From Elusimicrobiota bacterium (GTDB taxonomy: Bacteria; Elusimicrobiota; Elusimicrobia; F11), in NCBI GenBank assembly GCA_044221725.1, contig JBGAON010000002.1, forward strand, positions 403,000-466,999: a stretch of 64,000 nt of DNA. Reading direction: 5' to 3'. Under the pieces are notes generated by a model. The model saw only the letters and a list, made by a program, of their open reading frames with translations, was not told where the DNA came from and did not search any database. Shown piece after piece: positions 8,227 to 16,967 of the stretch (positions are counted from its first letter, which is position 1; each line of letters begins with the position of its first letter). Position numbers and translations under genes: made by a program.

Positions 8227-9760
8227 ATTCTCATATCGCACCCGCCAAGAAATCTGGGCCCAATTAAAATCTCGTCAACAAAAGCCTCTTAACGTTGCCA
8301 TCGTTGGCGGCGGTATTGTCGGTGCCGGTTTGCTGCGGGAGTTCGCGTTGCGCGGCGAGAATGACGTCGTCCTTTTCGAAAAAAAAGATTTCGCATCGGC
8401 GACGAGTGGATATTCGAGCAAACTCATCCACGCAGGAATCCGTTATCTTGAACAAGTATGGGTTCATTTGAAACACCTTCGCGTCCTCGCCGCTTGGCAA
8501 AATCTTCGGTTTGTTACTCAGGCTTCGTTGGAACGAAAACGTCTTGGCACGCTCGCTCCGGGCCTCGTCAAACCCAAGCCCATCTTTCTTGTGCTAGCGA
8601 AATCCGACCCAAGGTCGGTTCTCAGTGTGATTTCAGGCGTTTGGATCTATTATTTGACGCAGCTTTGCCAAGGTCAATTTTTTTCGGTGCCCCGCATGGC
8701 GGTTTCAAAACGAGCAATAAAAAAAGCAGCGCCGGAGCTGGACTCTGACCGAGTAAAGGCCTGTTTTTCATTCTGGGACTCCGAAACCGACGATGCGCGG
8801 CTCGTCATCGAAACGCTTCGGTCGGCGTACGACAATGGCGCGAAAGCGCTCAACTACATGGAGCTAATCGAATATTCCCAGATGAGCGATCATGTCGAAT
8901 TTGCGATAAAAGACAATGAGAGCGGAGAAATTCTTCGGCTTCGTGCAAAAAAGTTGATTGATGCGACCGGGCCGTTCGTTGATGACACGCGCCGTCGCGA
9001 AAATGTGACCCGTTCAAATGAGCCTCTTGTGGATCGTGTTGCCGGGGCCCATATCGATGTATACCCGGCCGTGTCCGACAAATCTTTTTACGTGAGCGCC
9101 AGTGACAACCGGCTCGTGTTTCTGCTCAAGCGGAACGAGGACGGCCTTGTCTACACCCGCATTGGCACCACCGAACGTCCGCTTGCCGAAAACGAATCGT
9201 CGGATGATCCAATTCCTACGACCGGCGAAATCGAATATCTGAAATCGATTGCAAAAGAATATTTCCCACAGGCGGTGATTGATAACAAAACGATTGTTCG
9301 CTTGAACTCAGGCATTCGTCCGCTGCGCGCTCAGCACGGCGTTGGAGCATTTCAGAAAAGCCGCGAGCACGATATTCTCGTGGAGGGAAATGTTGTTCGC
9401 GTGATCGGCGTTAAGCTGACGGATTTTCGCCGCGTTGCTGAAGAGGTGGGGGATTTGTTTCATTTGCCTAACAGGAATCGATCCAAAATCGTGCCGATTC
9501 GCTCGGAAGCCGTCGATCGGATTTATTGTGAGGCGTCTATGGAGGAGATTGTGCGCCGGACCATGCCTCTTCATTGGGACGATTACGTTCTTCGAAGAAA
9601 AGGCCTAAAGCCTCTGCTCGATCTGAAGATTCGGCCGAACGAATACCAGTCGGAATTTAATGCGTTCGCGGACCGAATGGGCTGGACATCCGAGCAGCGT
9701 CACGCCGAAAAAGAAAACGTCAGCCAAAAACGAGAAGTCCCACGCCCGGGGGAAAGATAA
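8207..9760 (+). CDS. glpD: FAD-dependent glycerol-3-phosphate dehydrogenase family protein
   Basis: GTG start. VAIVGGGIVGAG dinucleotide-binding motif, SSKLIHAGIRYLEQ and DDARLV blocks as in GlpD/GlpA. Overlaps the pheT 3' end by 20 nt. Confidence 0.75.
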   Translation: MAPSSAEFSYRTRQEIWAQLKSRQQKPLNVAIVGGGIVGAGLLREFALRGENDVVLFEKKDFASATSGYSSKLIHAGIRYLEQVWVHLKHLRVLAAWQNLRFVTQASLERKRLGTLAPGLVKPKPIFLVLAKSDPRSVLSVISGVWIYYLTQLCQGQFFSVPRMAVSKRAIKKAAPELDSDRVKACFSFWDSETDDARLVIETLRSAYDNGAKALNYMELIEYSQMSDHVEFAIKDNESGEILRLRAKKLIDATGPFVDDTRRRENVTRSNEPLVDRVAGAHIDVYPAVSDKSFYVSASDNRLVFLLKRNEDGLVYTRIGTTERPLAENESSDDPIPTTGEIEYLKSIAKEYFPQAVIDNKTIVRLNSGIRPLRAQHGVGAFQKSREHDILVEGNVVRVIGVKLTDFRRVAEEVGDLFHLPNRNRSKIVPIRSEAVDRIYCEASMEEIVRRTMPLHWDDYVLRRKGLKPLLDLKIRPNEYQSEFNAFADRMGWTSEQRHAEKENVSQKREVPRPGER

Positions 9761-9808
9761 GCGTAGGACTCTCGTAATCAGCTGACGTTTGTTAGACGTC
9801 GAAGTTGT

Positions 9809-10957
9809 TTAGAACGTGACCAAGAATTGCAGGGCGCCCGTGGACGCGCTGTCTTTTGCCACTCCTTTGTCATCCACCCAGAGTTTCTTGTTGGATGTGT
9901 CGTAGCGATATTCCGCACGAACTTGAATATTGTCGGTGAGTTTGTAACCCGGCGTAATTGTGAAGTTCGTTTCGCAGGTGTCTTTGATCAATGTCGAAAC
10001 TCCACCCGCGGCGTTGTTGCGGTAGCCTTGCGGATCGGAGAAATATTCCAGACGTGCACCAACCGTGAACTTGTCGGTGAAGTGAACGAGAGGTTGGATG
10101 CCAGCGCCGCTCCAGCTCGCGCGATCATCCTGAAGTCCTCCGCCGTCAAAATCCCCGGCATTTCTTTCGCTACCAGCATTCGCTTGGAGATAAAGATCCG
10201 TCTTCGGAATGATCTTCGTGAGAATTGTGATGTCAGCGCTGTCGCGGATATTGCCGGACTTGCCGTCCACGATGCCATTAACCGTGCTCTGGTTCTGTTC
10301 CGGACCGGACAAACCAGAAATCGTAACGGATAATGGATCGCCGAAGTTCAAGCCGATTTTTCCAACGAGTGTTTTGCCAGGATTGTTGTCATTTGGAACG
10401 TCCCAACCGTTGACCACACCGGCGGCCACATCGAATTTTCCCATTGCGTAGGACAGCACGCCGCCCACATGCGTGAAAGGCTCAGCCAAACCATAAAGAT
10501 AACCACGGCTAATCGTGGGGTTTGCATTGGTCTCGATCACTTCGATACCTTCGAAGGTCGCGAACTTACCCGCTTTAATTCCGAGATGCGTGATCGGGCA
10601 TTTGTAGGTCAAATAGCCTTCTTGAAGAACAACGGCGGATCCACTCGCGCCACCAACGGTCACGTTGGCATCATGACCGGCATCCAAGTCGACCACGTAA
10701 CCAATTCCTTCCCCGAAAGAACCAGCCAGTGATACGTGTGCCGTGTTAGCAATGTTGTTGTTTTGCGCATCGTAGCTGCGAAGAGTGGTCGTTTCCGATG
10801 CGGGTTTGTTGAAGTTATATCCGTACTGAGTATCGACATAACCGCTGATGGTTGGGCCGGTCATCGTTGTTTCACCGTTTACCATCGTTGTTGCTGCTAT
10901 CAATGGAAGTACCATCCCAACAGCGCGTAGGATGTTCCCCCTGTTATTCCTAATCAT
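9809..10957 (-). CDS. outer-membrane beta-barrel protein (porin-like)
   Basis: 382 aa; N-terminal signal peptide, Gly/Tyr/Thr-rich alternating pattern, C-terminal aromatic residue (…LQFLVTF) typical of a beta-barrel targeting signal. Confidence 0.55.
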   Translation of the reverse strand: MIRNNRGNILRAVGMVLPLIAATTMVNGETTMTGPTISGYVDTQYGYNFNKPASETTTLRSYDAQNNNIANTAHVSLAGSFGEGIGYVVDLDAGHDANVTVGGASGSAVVLQEGYLTYKCPITHLGIKAGKFATFEGIEVIETNANPTISRGYLYGLAEPFTHVGGVLSYAMGKFDVAAGVVNGWDVPNDNNPGKTLVGKIGLNFGDPLSVTISGLSGPEQNQSTVNGIVDGKSGNIRDSADITILTKIIPKTDLYLQANAGSERNAGDFDGGGLQDDRASWSGAGIQPLVHFTDKFTVGARLEYFSDPQGYRNNAAGGVSTLIKDTCETNFTITPGYKLTDNIQVRAEYRYDTSNKKLWVDDKGVAKDSASTGALQFLVTF

Positions 10958-11183
10958 GTACTTAGCCTCCTTAAGTATTAAGCCTCTTTAACCATCGGGA
11001 AGCAATTTGGCAAAAAAAAACCTTCTCAAGATGATTCCTGAGAAGGCTACATTGCCGAACTGCTCGCCCGCATCGTTGCTTGCGATGTGTGCCTGATACC
11101 AGAAAAGTTTTTTGCGTGTCAACTCTTTTTTATTTCGTTTTTGCAATTTGATTGTGTTTCCTGCGATGTGATATCGTCGCGAT

Positions 11184-11468
11184 ATGGAAATTATCGACGA
11201 GCTTACCCAAAAAGTTCAGCAGGCTGCCGAAGAATTGATTTCTCTAAAAAAAGAGCGTCAGCAAACGCTTGCGGAGCTGGATCAGCTTCGGTCACAGTTG
11301 CGCGATTACCAAACGACGCGCCGCGATAACGAAAAATTACGAAGGGATCAAGATCAGCTTCGAACCCGCCTACAGAAGCTCCAAAAGAAGATCGAGAAAC
11401 ATTTGCTTGTAGAAACAACGCTGGCATCCCAGATGAGAGGAGACTTCAATGAAGAACGTCCTCAATGA
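11184..11468 (+). CDS. zapB: ZapB-like coiled-coil cell-division protein
   Basis: 94-aa all-helical heptad-rich protein; DELTQKVQQAAEEL resembles the ZapB N-terminus; immediately upstream of the zapA-like gene. Confidence 0.5.
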   Translation: MEIIDELTQKVQQAAEELISLKKERQQTLAELDQLRSQLRDYQTTRRDNEKLRRDQDQLRTRLQKLQKKIEKHLLVETTLASQMRGDFNEERPQ

Positions 11469-11748
11469 ACGCGTGCGCGTCCTTATTTTTGGACGCGAAT
11501 ACGAAATGGATCCGGGGGGATTAACACCTCTCGAAGTGCAGAGTTTGGCGACGTTTGTTGACGACAAAATGCGCGAGATCGCCGAAGATTTTTCGATTGT
11601 CGATACACAGAAGGTGGCCGTGCTGGCCGCAATCAACATTGCGTTGGATTATTTGCAGCTCAAAGAGAAAGGCCAATCGAAGGGAAAAGATCTCACCGAG
11701 CAGTTGCAGTCGCTTTCCGAAACGTTAACGCACGCACTGAATCGATAA
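11449..11748 (+). CDS. zapA: cell division protein ZapA-like
   Basis: 99 aa; VLIFGREYEM...VAVLAAINIALDY matches the ZapA fold pattern; overlaps zapB-like by 20 nt. Confidence 0.6.
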   Translation: MKNVLNERVRVLIFGREYEMDPGGLTPLEVQSLATFVDDKMREIAEDFSIVDTQKVAVLAAINIALDYLQLKEKGQSKGKDLTEQLQSLSETLTHALNR

Positions 11749-11749
11749 G

Positions 11750-13066
11750 TTGGAACTCTTTCAAACCAAACCCGCGCCCGTTATTTCGTCTTCGTCTCCG
11801 TTAGCGGCGCGCATGGCTCCCCGCGACTGGCCGGAGTTTATTGGCCAAGAACATCTCGTTTCCAACGGAAGTTTGCTTCGCCGCGCCATTGAAGCCGATC
11901 GCTTGGGATCGAGTATTTTCTTCGGTCCGCCCGGAACCGGTAAAACAGCGTTGGCACGCATGGCCGCAAAAAAATCGCAGGCGGCCATTGAATACGTGAA
12001 CGCGGTGACAGCGGGTGTTGCCGAACTTCGCAATGTCGTAAAGCGCGCCATTGATCGCAAGCGCGCCAATGGTCAACGCACGCTTTTGATCGTGGACGAA
12101 ATCCACCACTTCAACCGCAGCCAACAAGATTCGTTATTGCCTGATGTGGAGCGTGGGAATCTCACGCTGGTCGGGCTCACGACGGAGAATCCTTATTTTT
12201 ATGTGAACACGGCGCTCATGTCGCGTTCCACCGCGTTTGAATTCAAACCCCTTAGCGATCAGGCTCTGCGACGCATTTATGATAATGCCCTCGTCGATTC
12301 GGATCGTGGTTTGGGGAATTTCAAAACAAATATCTCCGACGAAGCGCGCGATCACTTTATTCGTTGGGCCGAAGGCGACGCACGGCGGATGCTGAACTCG
12401 TTGGAATTGGCAGTGACCACAACAACGGCCAAAGACGATGCAATCGTCATCGATCTCGATGTCGCGCAAGCATCAACACAAAAGCGACCGATTCGTTACG
12501 ACAAATCCGGTGACGAGCATTACGACACAATTTCCGCATTTATTAAATCGATGCGCGGCAGCGATCCCGATGCGGCTCTTTATTGGATGGCGAAAATGTT
12601 GTTGGCGGGGGAAGATCCGCGGTTTGTTGCGCGACGCATAATGATTTTTGCGGCGGAAGATGTTGGTAACGCGGATCCCCAGGCGATCGCGGTCGCCACC
12701 TCCGCGGCGCGAATGGTGGAGATGGTCGGCATGCCGGAAGCGCGAATTCCATTGGCGCAAGCCGTAACGTACGTGGCAACCGCACCAAAATCGAACGCCG
12801 CCTATATGGCCATCGCCAAGGCCGAAGAAGAAGTGAAAACCGGAAAGCGACGAGAGGTACCAAACGCTCTGAAGGATTCGAGCGGCGATGCGAAGTCCCG
12901 TGGGCATGGCGACGACTACCTTTATCCGCACAATTTTCCCGGGCACCATGTTAAGCAAACGTACATGCCGCAACGCGTAAATTTTTACGAACCATCCGAT
13001 CAGGGTTTTGAAGTTGAAATCAAAAAGCGACTAGAAGAATGGCGCAAAAAAAATCCAGCGAAGTAA
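11750..13066 (+). CDS. rarA: replication-associated recombination protein A (AAA+ ATPase)
   Basis: TTG start directly after the zapA stop. LAARMAPRD...FIGQEHL, Walker A GPPGTGKT, Walker B LLIVDEIHHFN. Confidence 0.9.
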   Translation: MELFQTKPAPVISSSSPLAARMAPRDWPEFIGQEHLVSNGSLLRRAIEADRLGSSIFFGPPGTGKTALARMAAKKSQAAIEYVNAVTAGVAELRNVVKRAIDRKRANGQRTLLIVDEIHHFNRSQQDSLLPDVERGNLTLVGLTTENPYFYVNTALMSRSTAFEFKPLSDQALRRIYDNALVDSDRGLGNFKTNISDEARDHFIRWAEGDARRMLNSLELAVTTTTAKDDAIVIDLDVAQASTQKRPIRYDKSGDEHYDTISAFIKSMRGSDPDAALYWMAKMLLAGEDPRFVARRIMIFAAEDVGNADPQAIAVATSAARMVEMVGMPEARIPLAQAVTYVATAPKSNAAYMAIAKAEEEVKTGKRREVPNALKDSSGDAKSRGHGDDYLYPHNFPGHHVKQTYMPQRVNFYEPSDQGFEVEIKKRLEEWRKKNPAK

Positions 13067-13629
13067 TCCCAGTGGAGGAATCCAAGCGTTGGCTTCGGCG
13101 CGCGCTGGTACGTCAACGTCAAGCGATCCCCGAGAAGGAACGCGTGCGGTTGAGCAAGCGAGCGCTTCAATCCTTATTTCGTTCCTCTGATTATAAAAAG
13201 GCAAAAGTCGTCGCCTCGTTCGTCAATTTTGGGAGCGAATTGGTCACCGACGGATTAACGCAGCGCGCATGGAAGGATCGCAAAAAGGTTTTGATTCCTG
13301 TTACTTCGCATGGATTTCACGATCCTTTTTTTGTTTTGTTCTCAAAAAAAGACCGGTTAAAGAAGACCGCGCATGGCCCATTCGAATTGCACCGGAAGAA
13401 GCAACGGGTTCCATTTAATTCCATCGATCTTGTGCTGGTACCGGGACTTGGCTTTGACCAAAAAGGGCGGCGTTTGGGGTATGGCGGAGGCGTGTATGAC
13501 CGCATTCTCTCGAAGACGCCGCGGGCGAAACATGTGGGGCTTTTTTTCTCAGCCCAAGGCCTATCGGTTCTGCCGCTGGCCGCACACGATCAAACCATGG
13601 ATGCTATTGTGACGGAAAATCGCGTATAA
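13039..13629 (+). CDS. ygfA: 5-formyltetrahydrofolate cyclo-ligase
   Basis: 196 aa; LVLVPGLGFDQKGRRLGYGGGVYDR signature; overlaps the rarA 3' end. Confidence 0.8.
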   Translation: MAQKKSSEVIPVEESKRWLRRALVRQRQAIPEKERVRLSKRALQSLFRSSDYKKAKVVASFVNFGSELVTDGLTQRAWKDRKKVLIPVTSHGFHDPFFVLFSKKDRLKKTAHGPFELHRKKQRVPFNSIDLVLVPGLGFDQKGRRLGYGGGVYDRILSKTPRAKHVGLFFSAQGLSVLPLAAHDQTMDAIVTENRV

Positions 13630-13638
13630 TCGGCCGGC

Positions 13639-15531
13639 ATGGCACTTATTGAAATGATTAAAAATCCAACAGACCTTCGACATTTAAAACCTGAACTCTT
13701 GCCCGATGTGGCGAGAGAAATTCGGAAAAAAATTATTGATGTAACTGCGCAGACAGGCGGGCATCTCGGCGCATCGCTCGGTTGCACGGATCTCGCGGTC
13801 GCGCTCCATTATGTTTTTGATTCTCCGAACGACAAATTAATTTGGGATACCGGCCATCAAGCCTACGCGCACAAACTTCTTACGGGCCGTTGGGATAAAT
13901 TCCACACACTTCGTCAGTACGGCGGCATCAGCGGATTTCTCAATCGCAGCGAATCCGAGCACGATGCGTTTGGCGCCGGTCACGCATCAACCGCCATCTC
14001 CGCCGCTCTTGGCTTCGCAGCGGCACGCGATCAGCTGAAACAAAATCACAAAGTTGTGGCGATTGTTAACGATGGATCCATCACGGGCGGCATGGCGTTC
14101 GAAGGACTTCAAAACGCCGGCAATCTCGGATCCGATTTGATCGTTGTGTTGAACGATAACCAGATGTTTATTTCCCATCGCGTCGGCGCTGTGGGCGCAT
14201 TCCTCGCCAAATTTTTAACCGGAGATTCCTATACGCGTTTTGAAGATCGCGTTCGTCAATTTCTCACACGACTCCATTTCTGGGGAAGCCATCTTTTGCG
14301 CCTCGCGAAGAGAGTCAAAGTCTTGCTTTTCCCGGGGCTTCTTTTCGAAGAGATGGGGTTCGGTTACCTCGGCCCGATCGACGGTCATGACCTACCTAAG
14401 CTGATCGAAGTGCTGCAAGGCGTAAAGAAAATGAAGGGGCCGGTTCTGCTGCACGTGGTGACAAAAAAAGGCCGCGGTTACGAAAAGGCAGAAAATGATC
14501 CCATCAAATACCACGGTGTCAGTAAATGGAATCCGGAAACCGGAGAGTTGGCCAAAGCGCCGGATGGTCCTCCAACCTACACAAAAGTTTTTGGTCAATC
14601 GCTGTGCAAACTCGCGAAAGAAGACGAGAAAATTGTTGGTATTACGGCGGCCATGCCCGAAGGCACCGGAATGGATTTGTTCCGCGACAAATTTAAGAGC
14701 CGCTATTATGATGTTGGGCTCGGTGAGCAACACGCGGTGACCTTTGCGGGTGGTCTTGCCTGCGGCGGAATTAAACCGGTTGTCGCTATTTATTCAACGT
14801 TCTTGCAGCGCGCGTACGATCAAATCGAGCACGACATTGCGCTCCAAAAGCTTCCGGTCGTTTTCTGCTTGGATCGTGGTGGTTTGGTAGGGGATGACGG
14901 CGCAACGCATCACGGTGTTTTCGATTTATCCTATTTGCGTATGATTCCGAACATGACGGTCATGGCGCCAAAAGACGAGAACGAACTTCAGCATATGCTG
15001 AAAACAGCTTTGAATCATCACACGGGGCCAGTGGCCATTCGCTATCCACGTGGTGCCGGTCTTGGTGTTCCGCTTGAAACCACGTTTCACTTGTTGCCAT
15101 GGGGAAAAGGCGAGGTGGTGCGGGAAGGTGCAGATGTTGCGATTCTCGCCATTGGCAATATGGTTCAACCTTCTTTTGCGGCCGCCGAAACTCTTTCAAA
15201 AGAAGGAATCAATGCGAAAGTTATTAATGCGCGCTTTGTGAAGCCCATCGATCGCGCATGGTTGATTGAAACGCTAAAAGGAATTTCGCAAGTGGTGACG
15301 GTCGAAGAAAACGCCATTGCTGGCGGTTTCGGCAGCGCGATTCGAGAAATATTAGAAGGCGAAAATATCGCGGTCACGAGTATTGGAATTCCAGACAAAT
15401 TTATCGAACACGGTACGCAGCAGAAGCTGCGGAGTCTCGTAGGTCTTACGGAAGAGAATATCTCGCACACGGTTCGTCAGGTTCACGCCGGCCACCCGGT
15501 AAAATTGCCCACCAACTTCCTTCCAAATTAA
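13639..15531 (+). CDS. dxs: 1-deoxy-D-xylulose-5-phosphate synthase
   Basis: 630 aa; GGHLGASLG...DTGHQAYAHKLLTGR thiamine-diphosphate motifs; transketolase-like C-terminus. Confidence 0.95.
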   Translation: MALIEMIKNPTDLRHLKPELLPDVAREIRKKIIDVTAQTGGHLGASLGCTDLAVALHYVFDSPNDKLIWDTGHQAYAHKLLTGRWDKFHTLRQYGGISGFLNRSESEHDAFGAGHASTAISAALGFAAARDQLKQNHKVVAIVNDGSITGGMAFEGLQNAGNLGSDLIVVLNDNQMFISHRVGAVGAFLAKFLTGDSYTRFEDRVRQFLTRLHFWGSHLLRLAKRVKVLLFPGLLFEEMGFGYLGPIDGHDLPKLIEVLQGVKKMKGPVLLHVVTKKGRGYEKAENDPIKYHGVSKWNPETGELAKAPDGPPTYTKVFGQSLCKLAKEDEKIVGITAAMPEGTGMDLFRDKFKSRYYDVGLGEQHAVTFAGGLACGGIKPVVAIYSTFLQRAYDQIEHDIALQKLPVVFCLDRGGLVGDDGATHHGVFDLSYLRMIPNMTVMAPKDENELQHMLKTALNHHTGPVAIRYPRGAGLGVPLETTFHLLPWGKGEVVREGADVAILAIGNMVQPSFAAAETLSKEGINAKVINARFVKPIDRAWLIETLKGISQVVTVEENAIAGGFGSAIREILEGENIAVTSIGIPDKFIEHGTQQKLRSLVGLTEENISHTVRQVHAGHPVKLPTNFLPN

Positions 15532-15532
15532 T

Positions 15533-16285
15533 CTGTCCAACAACTTCGAACAGAAATCCAAAAAAGAGCGGCTCGATGTACTGCTTGTTGAATGTGGATT
15601 GGCTGACAGTCGCACGAAAGCCCAAGCGCTAATTCTTGCCGGCCAAGTTCTTGTTGACGGGGAAAAAGTCGACAAAGTTGGACATCTTTTCTCTCGATCA
15701 ACAAAGATTCAGTTGTTAGCGGGTCCGAAATACGTTTCGCGCGGTGGCGAAAAACTCGAAGGAGCGCTCAACGATTTCAATATCGTGGTCTCCGAACTGG
15801 TATGTCTGGATGTGGGGTCATCCACGGGGGGATTTACTGATTGTTTGCTTCAGCGTGGCGCGGCGCATGTGTACGCGGTGGATGTGGGCAAAGGGCAACT
15901 CGATATGTCTCTCCGCAACGATTCTCGCGTTTCCGTTTTCGAAGAAACTCATGTTCGCAACATAACGCCAAATCTTTTTCGAAAGCCGCCGCAAATGGCC
16001 GTAATCGATGTGTCATTTATTTCGTTGAAAAATGTACTTCCATTCGTGAAAAGCGTGATACTTCCGGGGGCAACGGTTCTTGCGATGGTGAAGCCACAGT
16101 TTGAGGTCGGGGCGAAGTTTCTAAAGAAAGGCGTCGTTCGGTCGGAAGAAATTCAAAAATCAGCGGTTCGGGCCGTGGCAGATTTTGCGGTGAGCATCGG
16201 GTTTGAAGTGCGCGGAGAGTCAGCCGCAGCGATCAAAGGTCCAAAAGGCAATCAAGAATACTTCTTGTGGTTGGTTCGTTATTGA
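15533..16285 (+). CDS. tlyA: TlyA-family rRNA 2'-O-methyltransferase (S4 + FtsJ-like domains); start codon uncertain
   Basis: The conserved S4-domain sequence KKERLDVLLVECGLADSR is in frame upstream of the first canonical start (TTG 15599), and no ATG or GTG is in frame back to the dxs stop. The coordinate given assumes CTG 15533. Confidence 0.7.
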   Translation: MSNNFEQKSKKERLDVLLVECGLADSRTKAQALILAGQVLVDGEKVDKVGHLFSRSTKIQLLAGPKYVSRGGEKLEGALNDFNIVVSELVCLDVGSSTGGFTDCLLQRGAAHVYAVDVGKGQLDMSLRNDSRVSVFEETHVRNITPNLFRKPPQMAVIDVSFISLKNVLPFVKSVILPGATVLAMVKPQFEVGAKFLKKGVVRSEEIQKSAVRAVADFAVSIGFEVRGESAAAIKGPKGNQEYFLWLVRY

Positions 16286-16905
16286 AGCTTCACAACTTTT
16301 CCGCAGGCTCCGCCTTCCCCGATCGCAAAATACGTGCCCGCCGCGACTCCTGCCCCGTCCCAATGAATATATCCTTGAATGGGAGTAAGATCTTTTTTTA
16401 CGGCCAATCCATTTTTTGTGACCATGTCGACTTTGTGAGAGCAAGGGAAAACGGCTTCGGGGATACCAGGTTTTATCGTACGGATATTGGTCGGTAAATT
16501 TCCAGCGCCGGGCGGAGGGGGTGTGTTAGTTGGACCGCATTCGCTGTCGCAGACAAAAAGGATGGCTGCATCGCTCACTACCTGGCCCGCATTGTTAACG
16601 ACAAGACAATTGAATTCGGCTCCGCTGTCGCCCACCCCCGTGATTGGTGTTGTGTAGGTCGCATTATTTGCTCCGACAATTTCCACGCCGTTTTTGCCCC
16701 AGTGATATTGAAGTGGCTCGGTTCCGGAGGCCACCACGGTAAAAGTTGCTGTCTGACCTTTTTTGACCATCGTGCTAACCGGTTCTTGAACTATTTTTGG
16801 AGCCACATCCGTGGGCTTTGGCGGAGGGCGGGGGCCCGAAAAACAAGTGGAATTGAGGCTTAATCCTAACGCGGCGACATAAATAACGTGAATGGATTTA
16901 TTCAT
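16279..16905 (-). CDS. secreted protein with Ig-like (I-set-like) domain and Cys-containing C-terminal domain
   Basis: 208 aa; signal peptide, Pro-rich linker, then an Ig-like pattern (TATFTVVASGTEPLQYHWGKNGVEI...DSGAEFNCLVVNNAG). Confidence 0.45.
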   Translation of the reverse strand: MNKSIHVIYVAALGLSLNSTCFSGPRPPPKPTDVAPKIVQEPVSTMVKKGQTATFTVVASGTEPLQYHWGKNGVEIVGANNATYTTPITGVGDSGAEFNCLVVNNAGQVVSDAAILFVCDSECGPTNTPPPPGAGNLPTNIRTIKPGIPEAVFPCSHKVDMVTKNGLAVKKDLTPIQGYIHWDGAGVAAGTYFAIGEGGACGKVVKLQ

Positions 16906-16967
16906 GCATACAGTATAATCGGCCGGTTTTAAAATTTCTACCGCTTTGCGGTCATGGAGTTATCTTA

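Noticed and set aside
11749-13038. Possible 6S RNA (ssrS) between zapA and the 5-formyl-THF cyclo-ligase gene, as in E. coli
   Set aside because: rarA occupies the whole interval with overlapping starts and stops, so there is no non-coding room; 6S RNA, if present, is elsewhere.
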